A DNA stretch of 63,690 bases, filler included, from Chiloscyllium plagiosum (GCF_004010195.1; 4 parts of 2 records of this genome joined end to end with filler, not necessarily neighbours in it), one strand, 5' to 3'; counted from the whole stretch's first letter, positions 25,393 to 38,500 are shown. Numbers and translations are program-made. The notes: generated from the sequence alone by a model not told the origin.

Positions 25393-28221
25393 CAAAGGCA
25401 GCATATGTATGGGAACATCCTTCCTATCAGCGTTATGTGTGTAGCTATACTACATGGACTCCAGCAGTTCAATAAGGCCACTGCCACCCTTTCAATTCGG
25501 GATGGGCAGCAAATGCTAGTTTAGCCAGGAAATCCCATATTCTATGAACAAATGTTGAAAAACAATCCTTCACCCACAATTTAACAGGTTTCAGTCATAG
25601 GATCTGCTTTCTTTGCATGAGAAAACTTGAGCACAGCAGTTCAGGAAATGTTGTAAAATGGCCATATGAAGGCTTGGCTTGAGTGAACAGAAAAGGCTGA
25701 ACATGCGTGCATCTTTATGGCATGTTGTTCAGCAACAAGCTGAACTAGAGGAGTGAACCAAAAGTGGTGACTTCATATCAAGTGTATGAAATTTCATTCA
25801 ATAAATCCTGTAATTTGTGGGATGGCTCCAGATAAAATGACCATGAAACTACCAGATTGAAGTAAAAACCAAATTGGTTTAGCAACATATTACAGGAAAG
25901 GGAGCTGTCTTATACATAACAAAGATCTTTGCTCAGTTAGAGCTAAAGCAATGTAACGTTATTATATATTCTAGCAGGGCTGCATGAAGAGCATAGAAAC
26001 ATTGAAAATGCTCCTAAATCTATAGACACAGATTCTTTGGGGACTTTTCCATCAAACTTTCACTTTTTACTAGCATTAGTGGACCATAACTTCCTGACCT
26101 TACAGTACTTCTCTTCAGCTTTCACACATTCTCTGCCGTGTCTCCTCCCAAAGCTGACCATTGTTGAAACCAGTGCGAAGTTTGAAGATGGGAGCCACAG
26201 TGCTGTTTTAAACTCTGAAAAAGAGATAGTGGGTCACTGGGTGTTAATAATAACAAAGTTGATCCTGAAAAATAACTTTCTGATCATAGAATTCTGTTAA
26301 ATTAATAAACTGTAGACTTTTAAAAACTGCACCTTCTATTCCAAAAATATTTTTTCAGCTTTTATCTTTAACATACTCAGCTTTAAAAAATATGTGATTT
26401 TATGGTAGTCATTTTAGTTTCCTGTTTGGGTGTCTATGAAAATCCTTTAATGTAATTAGCTGCGAAGACAATTAATGACATTACTGCTGCACACTGGGGA
26501 TGCCCTGTAATGATTTGAAGGTTTCACTGCACAATGCTGGAGATAGAGTACTCACCAGCTGAATTATCAGCGAGACTTGCTTTATGGACATCACCGAACA
26601 TTCTTGTTGCTACTGACCACAAAATTTGTTCGAGACAGGAAAAAAACTGAAGATGCTGAAATCCTATTACCTCTCAAGAGTGCTAGGGTGCTTCTTCTTT
26701 ATAAAGGGAAAAAAACCCAGTCATGTCCACCTCAAGAACTAAGCCCATTGGTGTCAGAGAACCTTGGAGCCCACACTCTCTCCCCTGTCATGCCACTGTC
26801 AGTCTTCTTAAAGGTCATATCTGTCATTGAGTGGTGTAGGAAGTGTAAGCTGTATATGATCTGCACATAAGATGACTCTGAGAGATATCTGTTCACTTTA
26901 TAATTTGTATTAAATGTAATTAAAAGTTTGGGATTTATTGAAAGCATCCAAACAAAAAAAAACATTTATGCTTTCAAATCGCAAGCATAGAGACTACTGC
27001 TAAAATAACATAAACATATTTCAGCTTTACATCTTGCACATGACGGAACAGATACAAGAACACCAAATTTCAAAGGAAACAGCAACTTATGCAGCCTTAT
27101 TAAAAGGCAGATTGAATGGAAGGTGGACCATGGTTGAGGTATTGCCATGGAAAATACTCAAAGGAATAAATGACACCAGTCTTTTGTTTAATTGAAGAAA
27201 GAGCAATGCTTGGACTTTCTTTTATCTATAGAGAAAAGGCCATGCATATGGATATATGTTGCTTGTAGCCAATGTAATTGAGTGACACTGCAGAACTAAC
27301 TTATCAGTTTAATTTGGCTGTTCACATAATTCTTAGTATATGTGGAACATTTGTTAAGAAGATTCAGTTCTTCTGTAATGCCAAAAGTTACAGAACCTGT
27401 GTTATAGAAAAATTGCACATTAGAGACAGCGTTTAAAGTCTTGGCATTGTAATCATGTTCCAGCCAATATAACATTCTAAAATTTTGTGCTTTAGAAACA
27501 GCATCCCAATTCATCAATCATGTTACAGCGAACTCGAGTTGATGAAACATGGTTGAACACAGTTCTGAGTTGAGCAAATATGGGCTGGTTAAGTGCAAAT
27601 AGGATGATAGCTGCTGTGAATAGCTATAGAACATGCTGTGTATTACCTACCAGTCTCTGAGATGTGGGGCCTCTGTACCAGGCATAACACAAGTACTGAA
27701 TATCATATACTACATTACTGATTTGTGAGGAAGGCAGGATGTCTGTGTTGACGTAACAGCAGAATGCTGTTGGTTGAGAACACCACTGGTATTGCTACTG
27801 CAAAGCAACAGCATGAAAGGGCTGAATCTGTTGTTCAAACCTTTGAGACACCTTGTCCTTCTTCGGAACATTAAGAATCTGAAGCAGGGCTTCTACATTT
27901 TTCAATTAGCTGGTCATGCCGCAGAGTTGCCAGACAATCAGAAACAGGCAATCCCTCAACAACTCAGGATAGAGTTTTTTTTATTCTTGCATAAGACTGG
28001 TTTCTCTGGTGAGGCCACCATTTGTTGACTATCCCAGTTGCCTATGAACTGATTAGCTCTCTGCTATTTCAGATGGTAGTTAAGAGTCAACAATATTTTG
28101 TTTTGGGTCTGGAATCACATGTAAGCTATGTAAAGGTAACAAATGCCCTACCCTAAGGGATATTAGTGAACCAGATTGGGCTTTTTCTCACATTTCCATA
28201 AAACCTCCTGCTCCTTACCTT

Positions 28222-28322
28222 GGAGAAAGTGAGGACTGCAGATGCTGGAGATGAAAGGCGAAACGTGTGGTTCTGAGAAGCAGGAGAATCACGTTTCAGG
28301 CATAAGCCCTACATCTGGAATG
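28222..28322 (-). mobile_element. Penelope-like family 1 3' fragment
   Basis: ggagaaagtgaggactgcagatgctggaga tail; degenerate hammerhead ending at ~28320. Confidence 0.75.
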
Positions 28323-28545
28323 GCCTGTGTCACCTCATTATCACAAAGCTGGTCCTTTTTTCTAAAAGCTGTTTCTTTTCTCAAGGATACTGTGTCCTTG
28401 GTTTTTTTCAGAGGGGTCGTAAACAGGCCGGGCTCCAATTAGACTGGTTTAGTCCAGAGATTAAAGGATATTCAGAGACCTTTTTGTTTATATGTAAACA
28501 GATGACATCCACCCCATAATCTTGTATGCCTCAGACTTATCATTG

Positions 28546-28888
28546 GGATTGCACAGTGGCTCAGTGATTAGCACTACTGCCTCGCAACACCACGGACTCG
28601 AGTTCAATTCCACCCTCAAGCGACTGTCCATGTGGAGTTTGCATATTCTCCCTTTGTCTGTGGGGGTTTCCTCCAGGTGCTCCAGTTTCCTCCCACAGTC
28701 CAAAGATGTGCAGATTAGATGGATTGCACATGCTAAATTGCCCATAATGTCCAGCGATGTGTAGGTTAGGTGGATTAGCCATGAGAAATGGAGGGTTGCA
28801 GAGGGTTGGAACGCTCTTCAAAGGGTCAGTGTGGTCTCAATGGGCTAAATGGCCTGCGTCCAAATTGGAAGCATTCTCTGATTCATTC
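28546..28888 (+). mobile_element. HE1-type V-SINE, older copy
   Basis: gcacagtggctcagtgattagcact, gagttcaattcc, V domain. Confidence 0.9.
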
Positions 28889-30545
28889 ATATCAGCCTCC
28901 AGTCTTCTCTTCTCAAATGAAAACAACCCAAAATATCCTCATAATTTAAATTTTCCATCCCAGACAGTGTCCTGGTGAATCTCCTTTGCACTCCCTCCAG
29001 TGTAATGATGCAAAATCAGGGAGGTATAAAAGACCAGAACTGGAAGGACACTGAAATCATCAAGGATTGTAAAACTGAAAAAATTACCTGTCCTTTTGCA
29101 TAAAACATTGGTGAAAATATTCTAGTTTCTAGAACATTGTGAAGGTTTTGGGTGCCTGAAAGACACCTATGAATCCAATCATTTTAAACTTGTTGCACAA
29201 AGTCTGTTTCAGAAAATTAAAGTTGTACCTTCTGTGTAAGTCAATTTCCTTTGTTTCTTTTTTGTAGGCATTATGCACCAATACTGTGCACTCCACAGTT
29301 AATTACAGAACTCAATCGTATTTGTTTCGTGACTTTGCTTTTCCTTTAACTGAGATTATAACATTGTGTTGCAGTCAGCCAGTTTTCTTGTGTTGCAAAA
29401 TAACTGGTGAGCAAATACATAAATGGACATTTTCATTTTGTGCCCTGTGACTTTGCTATAAGTGAGCAGTAAACCTTTATTCAGAGACAAAGAAATTCTT
29501 GCTCGTTCTCAGCAATCTCAAGGCACTTCATTTACTGTTCAGATAATGGATCTTTTGTGAACTGTATAAAACTATAAGTCTGCCTGAACAGCCTATAATC
29601 TGTGAATTAATGAACCTGTCTCCCAACAAAGGCAACTAGAACAGCATGACAAGCAGTCCTGGGAGGTGAACCCACAACCTGCTGAGTGGGAGGTAGGTGA
29701 TGTACCACCTGCATTACCATGCAGCCTAATCATTTTCCTTGTTTGAAATAGCTGCTCTGCTCAGAACTGTTCCATTACACCTTTGGGAGATCAGCCACTC
29801 TAAAAACTATTCTTCTGTATCACTGTAGGTTATAGTTTCATTATTCATGCACAAGAAATTAAACCTGCTTTGGAAAGCATGACCCTAGTGGCACAAGGGA
29901 GAATGCACAAAACTATTAATGTTTCAATTATTTTATTCAGCAACTAGCTTCAGAACTATTTAACATTTAAAGACGTTCGCATCTCTGCACAATATTAAAA
30001 TGGATTCAGGTTAAAATTGTGCAGTTCCATTAGAGATGATATTAATGAATAAATGTTCTTTGATGCCAGTGCCATTCACCAGGGCAATGTTTTAAAGAAT
30101 AACATCCTGGAAAAATCTGACAAGCGATTGTTTCCTTCAATAAAGTGCAAACATTTCTCAAAAGATTATCGATAAATTCTCAGATCTTTAAGAATATAAC
30201 TTGTCGGAGGTATTATTTATAGGTTCCACAAGATTGTTGCCATTCTTGTGTGCACACTTGCTTTGTTTTTCAACAGAATATTAGCAGTTAACATGATCAC
30301 CATTAGAATCCTTTGTTTGCGCTCTTCCACCCATGGCTCCATATTTGAGCAGCAGATATTCCTATTCTGAAATGATTACATATTGCTTTATAAAGAGCAA
30401 GTGCTCAATTTCATTTAAACTATTTTTGTGAGTTTGCTTCATAAACGGGCAAAATGTATCCTAGTTGTTAGACTTTGACTGGCCATTTATTTAACAATTT
30501 TTGTGACCTCAGGATGTCACTAAACACTTGAGAGCCAAATAATTC

Positions 30546-30977
30546 TTGAACAGGCTGGGGCTGTTTTCCCTGGAGCGTTGGAGGCTGAGGGGTGACCTTA
30601 TAGAGGTTTACAAAATTATGAGGGTCATGGATAGGATAGATAGACAAAGTCTTTTCCCTGGGGTCGGGGAGTCCAGAACTAGAGGGTATAGGTTTAGGGT
30701 CAGAGGGGAAAGATATAAAAGAGACCTAAGGGGCAACGTTTTCAGGCAGAGGGTGGTACGTGTATGGAATGAGCTGCCAGAGGACGTGGTGGAGGCTGGT
30801 ACAATTGCAACATTTAAGAGGCATTTGGATGGATATTTGAATAGGAAGGGTTTGGAGGGATATGGGCCAGGCACTGGCAGGTAGGAATAGATTGGGTTGG
30901 GATATCTGGTCAGCATGGATGGGTTGGACCGAAGAGTCTGTTTCCATGCTGTACATCTCTATGACTCTATGACTCTA
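30546..30977 (+). mobile_element. 5'-truncated CR1 3' end
   Basis: ORF 30546-30884 (LGLFSLERWRLRGDLIEVYKI...VWNELP); (ctctatga)n tail. Confidence 0.94.
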
Positions 30978-32171
30978 AGTTTAGTGATGATGTGTTGTAA
31001 CAAAGTACCACTGCAAACTTCCATGCAAGACCCAGCAAACCCAAATGAGGAGAAGGCTATTTTATTTATTTATTTGGTGTTGGTTTATCAATGTTGTTAA
31101 ATCATATGTCCTGTTCTTCTTGGGGTAATATTATAGGATCTTTCATGCCAATTTGAAAGGGATCTGTTTCACCTGAAAAACAGTACATATGATATGCAGT
31201 ATTTTGCTTATATCAATCTGGATAATATATCCAAGTGACTGCTCTGTATAAGATATATGATTTTGGCATAATTAGTCCAATGGTTTCTGACTCTCCAAAG
31301 CACAAGTCAAAATGGGATGAGATGCTCAACACTTGCATGGATTGGTGCAGCTCCATCGACACTCAAGAAACAGCCTGACTGATAATCCATTCATCACCTT
31401 AAACATTCACTCCCTCTACAATTGATGTGCAGAGGCAGCAGTGTGTCCAATCTACAAATGCACTGCAACAACTTGGCAAGGCTCTCTCAACAGAACTTTT
31501 TTAAATCTGTGACATCTACCACCTAAAATGAAAAGTGCACTTTTGTAGAAAGAGTAGAAGGATAGAAGAGCTGAATGTTGTTTAAATTGGCTAAGTCTGC
31601 AGAAACTTGCAGTGTGCAGGGATTTGGGAATCCTGGTGCATGAATCACAAATAGTTCAGTGGATGTTAAGAAAGGCAAAGGGAATATTGGCCTTTATTTC
31701 AAAATGAATAGACTACTTAAAGAGGGAGATCTTATTCAAACAATACCAGGCACTGATCAGATCACAGCTTGAATGTTGCGATGATCCGTTATCAAAGAAA
31801 AGGTACATTATAATTGGAGGCCTTCCAGTGAAAGTCCACAAGGTTGATCCTGGATATAGAGTGACCTTTGTTATGAGGAGAGGTTGAGTAGTTTGGCTTT
31901 GCAGTCATTGGAATTTAGGAGAATGAATGAAATCCTCATTGAAACATACAAGATTATTAGGGACTTAAAAGGTTAGATGCAGAGGTGCTGTTTCCCTTTG
32001 AGAGAGAGTCTAGGAGAGACTGCATATGCTAAGAGTAAGAATTCATTCATTTAACATAAAGATGAGAAGAAATTCTTTCTCAGAGGGTGGTGATACTGTG
32101 GAATTCTTCACCACAGAGACTGGGTTATTAAATATATTCAAGGCTGAGATAGGAAGATTTTTAATTCTTAA

Positions 32172-32525
32172 TTTGGAGATGCCGGTGTTGGACTGGGGGG
32201 TACAAAATTAAAAATCTCACAACATCAGGTTCTAGGCGAAAGTGGACACTGCAGATGCTGGAGATCAGAGTCAAGATTAGAGTGGTGCTGGAAAAGTACA
32301 GCAGGTGAGGCAGCATCCGAGGAGCAGGAAAAATCACCTGAATCCTGATGAAGGGCTTTTACCTGAAAAATTGAACTTTCCTGCTCCTCGGATGCTGCTT
32401 GACCTGCTGTGCTTTTCCAGTACCACTCCAATCTCAACGTCAGGTTATAGTCCAGCAGACTTATTTGGAAGCACTAGCTTTCGGAGCCTGCTTGGACTAT
32501 AACCTGGTGTTGTGTGATTTTTAAC
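32172..32525 (-). mobile_element. Penelope-like family 2 fold-back element
   Basis: 12-bp TSD tttaattcttaa (32160-32171 / 32526-32537). Arms caggttatagtcca and tggactataacctg. GAAA-GC-TA half of a hammerhead on the minus strand at ~32475-32488. Confidence 0.75.
32236..32434 (-). mobile_element. Penelope-like family 1 fold-back element nested in the family 2 copy
   Basis: Degenerate 16-bp TSD caacatcaggttctag / caacgtcaggttatag (32220-32235 / 32435-32450). Inverted arms. CTGATGA remnant at 32345. Confidence 0.82.
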
Positions 32526-32929
32526 TTTAATTCTTAAGGTTTCAAGGGTTTTAGGGATATGGCAGGAAAATGGAGTTGAGAATTGCCAGGTCAGCCATGA
32601 TCTCATTGGATGGCTGAGCAGACCAAATTAAGCTGAATGGTTTACCTTTGCTCTACATCTTATGGTCTAATGGCCACAGCTATGAAAATTTGAAATTACC
32701 AATGAAATAAAAGAGGGACGCTCCTTAAAAATGTTATTCTGTTTTTTGGATTATTTTTATTTCAAAACAAACAAAATTATTGAAGGGTCAAGATTTAATA
32801 CAAGAGTTCAGCATTATTGTAAAAATGACTTTGAAGTTGATAAGAGATAGATTTCTTGTTGGAATTATTGAGTGTTTCTCAAATTTATTAAAGGCAAAAG
32901 AAGATCTGCCTTTCGAAAAAAAGCAGTTT

Positions 32930-34725
32930 CAGGCTTACTGCTCCAGCGAAGCTCAGTGCAAGCTGAAAGAACAGCGTCTCATTTTCCACTTAGGGGATCC
33001 TGCAGCCTTCAACTCTCAATATTGAGTTCAATAACATTAGGGCTTGAGGCACTTCTCCCATGTGCCCCCACACTCCAGGCTTTGTTATCACATGAGGAGA
33101 AAGTGAGGTCTGCAGATGCTGGAGATCAGAGATGAAAATGTGTTGCTGGAAAAGCGCAGCAGGTCAGGCAGCATCCAGGGAACAGGAGAATCGACGTTTC
33201 GGGCATAAGCCCTTCTTCAGGAATGAGAAAGTGTGTCCAGCAGGCTAAGATAAAAGGTAGGGAGGAGCGACTTGGGGGAGGGGCGTTGGAAGGAGGTCAC
33301 GGTGAGGGTGATAGGTCAGACTGGGATGGGGGAGGAGAGGTCGGGAAGAAGATTGCAGGTTAGGAAGGCGGTGCTGAATTCGATATAGGGGGAGACAGGC
33401 CGGCTACTTGCGGAGCGTTTCAGAGAACACCTCTGGGACACCCGGACAAACCAACCCAACCACCCTGTAGCACAACATTTCAATTCCCCATGCCAGTCCA
33501 CCACGNNNNNNNNNNNNNNNNNNNNNNNNNNNNNNNNNNNNNNNNNNNNNNNNNNNNNNNNNNNNNNNNNNNNNNNNNNNNNNNNNNNNNNNNNNNNNNN
33601 NNNNNNNNNNNNNNNNNNNNNNNNNNNNNNNNNNNNNNNNNNNNNNNNNNNNNNNNNNNNNNNNNNNNNNNNNNNNNNNNNNNNNNNNNNNNNNNNNNNN
33701 NNNNNNNNNNNNNNNNNNNNNNNNNNNNNNNNNNNNNNNNNNNNNNNNNNNNNNNNNNNNNNNNNNNNNNNNNNNNNNNNNNNNNNNNNNNNNNNNNNNN
33801 NNNNNNNNNNNNNNNNNNNNNNNNNNNNNNNNNNNNNNNNNNNNNNNNNNNNNNNNNNNNNNNNNNNNNNNNNNNNNNNNNNNNNNNNNNNNNNNNNNNN
33901 NNNNNNNNNNNNNNNNNNNNNNNNNNNNNNNNNNNNNNNNNNNNNNNNNNNNNNNNNNNNNNNNNNNNNNNNNNNNNNNNNNNNNNNNNNNNNNNNNNNN
34001 NNNNNNNNNNNNNNNNNNNNNNNNNNNNNNNNNNNNNNNNNNNNNNNNNNNNNNNNNNNNNNNNNNNNNNNNNNNNNNNNNNNNNNNNNNNNNNNNNNNN
34101 NNNNNNNNNNNNNNNNNNNNNNNNNNNNNNNNNNNNNNNNNNNNNNNNNNNNNNNNNNNNNNNNNNNNNNNNNNNNNNNTCTGACCTATCACCCTCACCT
34201 TGACCTCTTTCCACCTATCGCATTTCCGACGCCCCTCCCCCAAGTCCCTCCTCCCTACCTTTTATCTTAGCCTGCTGGACACACTTTCCTCATTCCTGAA
34301 GAAGGGCTTATGCCGAAACATCGATTCTCCTGTTCCCTGGATGCTGCCTGACCTGCTGCGCTGTTCCAGCAACACATTTTCAGCTTTGTTATCACATGGT
34401 CTCCTATTACACACAACCCATTATTAGCCACCCATAAGCAGCTATTCACTCTCCTAGGCTGACCATTATTCATTCCATTGGCTGTCTAATTGTTCTTCTC
34501 TCTCTTTAGACTCCTTGCCACCTATTGTTTATTCCTTAACCCTTTCCCCACCCAATCTTGTGCATAAAAAAACAACAATTTCCTATCTACCATCAATTCT
34601 GAAGAAGGGTGGCCAGGTTTGAAATGTTAACTATGCTTTCTCTCCACAGAAGCTGCTGGGCCTGCTAAGTTTTTCCAGCAATTTCTGTGTTTGTTTCTGA
34701 TTTCTAGTATGTGCAGTTCTTTCAA
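32930..34725 (+). mobile_element. Older Neptune-like PLE 3' end (split by a younger PLE)
   Basis: QCKLKEQRLIFHLG at the end of ORF 32780-33025. Resumes at 34399 with a ctgaagaaggg...tgaaatgtt hammerhead remnant (~34599-34628). Confidence 0.65.
33095..34382 (-). mobile_element. Penelope-like family 1 (Neptune-like) element with inverted ends and an internal N gap
   Basis: TSD gctttgttatcacatg (33079-33094 / 34383-34398). Intact hammerhead core at 33193-33220 (-). GIY-YIG fragment IGETGRLLAERFREHL...HPVAQHFN on + at ~33385-33490. Confidence 0.92.
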
Positions 34726-35350
34726 ATTTTAGAGAAAACATTTTAGATTGTGCCAAAATGAGAAAAAGATGGAATTATATACTGCCAAATTTGTAATGTC
34801 AGAGACTTGGAGAGAGAAGGGATGATGATAAATATAAATGAGGCTAATGGTTCTCAGTTATCCACCCTGCTTGATACATCTTCAAAGAACTTTATTGTGT
34901 AGCATGCTCTCTCTTTCACACAATCAAACTGAGTCAACCAGCATTATCCATGATATCTAGTTTATTCACAGGCCTGTTTCTTACTTAAACGCCTTCAAAA
35001 TGAATAAACATCTCACACTAACATGATCGATTACTCATTATAAATCGTAAGTCTGTTAAATTGATTCTTGACTTTTTGTTTCATAAAATTACAATCAATC
35101 TTTTCGTCTGTAAATGTTTTTTCAGTGAGTAATAAATGGAAGGAGAGAAAGAAAACTTGCACGGTCTTTAGAGATTAATTACAAATTCCTAACTTGGTCC
35201 TATCTTATTGATAATTAACCTTTTTTTGTTGTCTGTTAAAATAATATTGCCATTATAGGTTGCTCAGAAGTACAAAATCTAAGTTCCTAATAACTCGTGA
35301 ATCCTGACAGCTGCTCCATAAATCACGGTTGTGTAACACAACATGAATAA

Positions 35351-35443
35351 GAAAGTGAGGACTGCAGATGCTTGAAACATTGACTGTCCTGCTCCTCAGA
35401 TGCTGCCTGACCGGCTGTGCTTTCCAGTACCACACTTTTAGAC
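35351..35443 (-). mobile_element. Minimal PLE family 1 insertion (tail plus inverted arm only)
   Basis: 9-bp TSD catgaataa (35342-35350 / 35444-35452). gaaagtgaggactgcagatgct is joined to the opposite-strand arm. Confidence 0.75.
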
Positions 35444-35589
35444 CATGAATAATTGTAATCCATTCTGAGCATTACTGAACCACAAATAGCAGAGTTTATC
35501 CTAAATTGTAAAGAACCAATTTTGTGATTTGAGAAATTTCTTGAGAATTAAACAAGATAGTCAGTATATTTCATGTTAACCATAGTTTC

Positions 35590-35914
35590 TTCATTCATTC
35601 ACTGGACGAGGGCATCATTGGCTAGGCCAGCATTTATTACCCATCCCTAATTGTCCAAAGGGCAGTTAGGAGTTAACCACATTGCTATTGGTCTGGAGTC
35701 ATATGTAGGCCAGATTAGATAAGGACAGCACGTCCAGATTAATTCTTTCCAACAATTGACAACACTTTCAAAGTCATCATTAGACTCTTAATTCTACATT
35801 TTTACTGAATTCAAGTTCCACTATCTGTCATTGTGGGATTTGAACCCTGGTATCCAGTACTTGGGTCTCTGGATTAATTGTCTTGTAATAATGCCCCCAG
35901 GTCATTGCCTCCCC
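35590..35914 (-). mobile_element. tRNA-derived SINE with old LINE-derived tail
   Basis: Reverse-complement B box gggttcaaatccc. Tail gcatttattacccatccctaattg shared with the old LINE at 6775. Related pieces at ~27980-28200 and ~36860-37040. Confidence 0.7.
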
Positions 35915-37589
35915 TTCGCAGACTATATGTACAGAATTCATTGGAGTTAATCTCCCAGGTACATTATAAGGTTAATAGTGAACAAGTTGCCTTATTCAGA
36001 TTGAGGCTGGGAATATGTGGCAGTGGAGGAGTGGAGGGGGGGCAGAGTTGATCCTTGCAGTTTCCATCCTGACTGTGCTAAATCAGGTGATATAAATCAA
36101 CACTAAATTGTCCATTGTGGAACGCACCAAATAACTGTATAAGAAGTAGGTGATTGGTTCTGCTGGATATTGCTATGAAAATAATGGTGAAAGTGACCCT
36201 CGCTCCTGTCTTTTGAAGACCCTGTCTTCAAAGCCAATGGAGAAAATTGGCAAATGTAAAAAAAAATCATTGCCTGGCTTAAAAAAAACACACACCCCGG
36301 TGTTCTGGTAAAAATCAAATTATTCTCACCTTCAATTCGAAATGACATAGTGTGCATTTGAAAACATTATTATAATTCCACCAAAATAATGCAAGTGCCT
36401 CTTAACTTACTGAACTGAAAATATGCCGCAACTGTAAAAAACAAGTTTTCATTCCACTCATTCTTTGTAATGTGGAATGGTTAAATTAAACATGTGCATT
36501 TTTCATAAAGATTGTTGAAGTCAGCAATAAGGAAGGAGTCCACATCACCATATGGAATCTGCCCTACATTTAATTTATCAAGAAGGTGGATAAGGCAGAT
36601 GGGTAGCAAACGAGTTACTGTTGATTTGTGAGGATGGTGCAAGACCGCCATGTGATATGGCATGCCGTGACTGCAGATCTCTTGACAGTAATTGCTACAA
36701 GCAGTAGCAGGAGCAAGAGCAGCTATCGATAAAACTGACCTTGAGAATGCTGAATTATCATGAAAATGTTAAGTAACACTAGAATAATAAATGTATTCCT
36801 CGTTGCGTTGAGGAGATATGTGCTAGTCATCTTCTTGATCTGCTTGTTGCAGTTTCAAACTCTAAATAGCTTTCTAGATCAGCTCAGAGGTTAATTAAGA
36901 GCCAACCATATTAGTTTCAGATTGGAGTCACATATAGATCTGACTGGGTAAGCACTGATTTCCTTTCCTAAAGAATACTAGTGAGACAGTGTATTTTCAT
37001 AATCTGACAGGCTTAAGGTCAGATTTATAGATAACTGCTGTTGCTGGTAACAACTTTTATTGGTGATCTGTGATTATGTATACCACACCACACATCTGTC
37101 TTGTGCCACACTCACATCTCAACTATAGCTTGTTTGTAACCACTCTGCGTCATCCATCATCCAACTACCCCAACCTCAACTCCTTTTTCTGCTGCCCTCT
37201 ACTTTTGCCCTCGAGAAAAGATTTCTCTGGCTTTTCAGTGCTGACCAAATGGCTGAAATACTGTATGATTTGATTGCTGAATTGATCGTTAGAAATATAC
37301 AATGTGTACAGATTGTTTTAATGAGAAGTTCAAAGGGATTTACACCTGGAGAAAATCTACTTCCTGTGGATAGCCTGAGAGTTTACAGAGTTCCAGAAAT
37401 GTATTGGGAATGTCAGGCTGCAGGAGGTTGTGCTTTAAACTGTTCATTTAATTCCAAAATGAATGGAGTTATGTTCTCAAGTATGGCTAACTGGCTCCTC
37501 AATCTAGATACAAAGCATACATGATTTTTGTTGCCATTGTATTGGGCTTGGAGATGGAAAGGATTCAGAGGAAGTCATTGTGATATCCC

Positions 37590-38500
37590 ATTACAGGCAT
37601 CCGTAAAGTATCACAGACGATCGCTTGACCTCTACAATCTAGAAGGGCAAGGATGGCAAATGCATGGTAATCCTACTACCTGGACATTTTCCTCTAAACA
37701 AGTGATTCTCAACCAGTTTTGGCCATGGCCCCCCCAGGTGCTCTTCTCAGGTTCCAGGGTCCCCTTTCAAACAGGAATACAACACAAACAGATAGACAGA
37801 ATATCATTTATTATTGAACACCAAGAAAACTTGAACATTCCGACATAATGGACAAAACTTTTTAAAAATCTGTAAAATTAAATATCTATCAGGCCTAATG
37901 TGATTCTTGAACAAATGAACTAGGATAAAAAAAGGCTGAGCAAGACACGTTGATCTTCAGATAATGAAGTATGGCAATAATGGATGGGAGAACTCTTGAT
38001 TGAATACGTACACCCAGTGCAGTCTGAATCTGAAGTGAGACTGTATGGAAGGAGCTTAAGCAATTGATTTACCAGGTGCACCAAATTCAAATGGTGTGTT
38101 GGAAAGATATTTTAAATAGGAGGGAAACTATTGACTCCAATGAAGGTTGTTGCTTGAGAATTTTATTAGTTCCAGTTACTAGGGTCCCCGTAAACCCTTG
38201 GGGCTCCCCTTCTCACAGTTCTCAGTCTGTGGCCCCCTTCAAATGCGCCACGACCCCTGAGGCCCCCATTGAGAATGGCTGCTCTAAACCACATTCTTTC
38301 TTAATTTGGATCTATATCACCGTTTCTTCATTGCTAGGGGAAAGTCCTATAACTTCCCTTTCTGCAGTGCTCTTGGTGTACCAGAGCAACATGGGCTGCA
38401 ATGCTTAAAGTTCCGCAACAGCTTCACAAAGGAATTATGGGACGATAATAAATCATAGCCTAACCAGCAATGCTCACATCCTCTAAATGAACTGAAAAGA
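37590..38500 (+). mobile_element. Old CR1/L2-clade LINE 3' end split by the hAT MITE
   Basis: tctagaagggcaagg...cctctaaac|cacattc is colinear with 52290-52410. Confidence 0.6.
37700..38281. mobile_element. Non-autonomous hAT (Charlie-like) DNA transposon
   Basis: 8-bp TSD ctctaaac (37692-37699 / 38282-38289). Imperfect 13-bp terminal inverted repeats aagtgattctcaa / ttgagaatggctg. Subterminal ggcccc/gggtcccc motifs. Confidence 0.8.

Larger units (their letters stand above)
31570..32670 (+). mobile_element. Old CR1 3' portion hosting nested PLEs
   Basis: Remnants DLGILVHES, YEERLSSL, LIETYKI and RRNSFS; tail ctacatcttatggtct. Confidence 0.75.

Noticed and set aside
29240..30500. Possible conserved non-coding enhancer in repeat-poor DNA
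   Set aside because: Cannot be supported without cross-species alignment.
33404..34243. Long ORFs of 237-279 aa
   Set aside because: Almost entirely X residues from the N gap.
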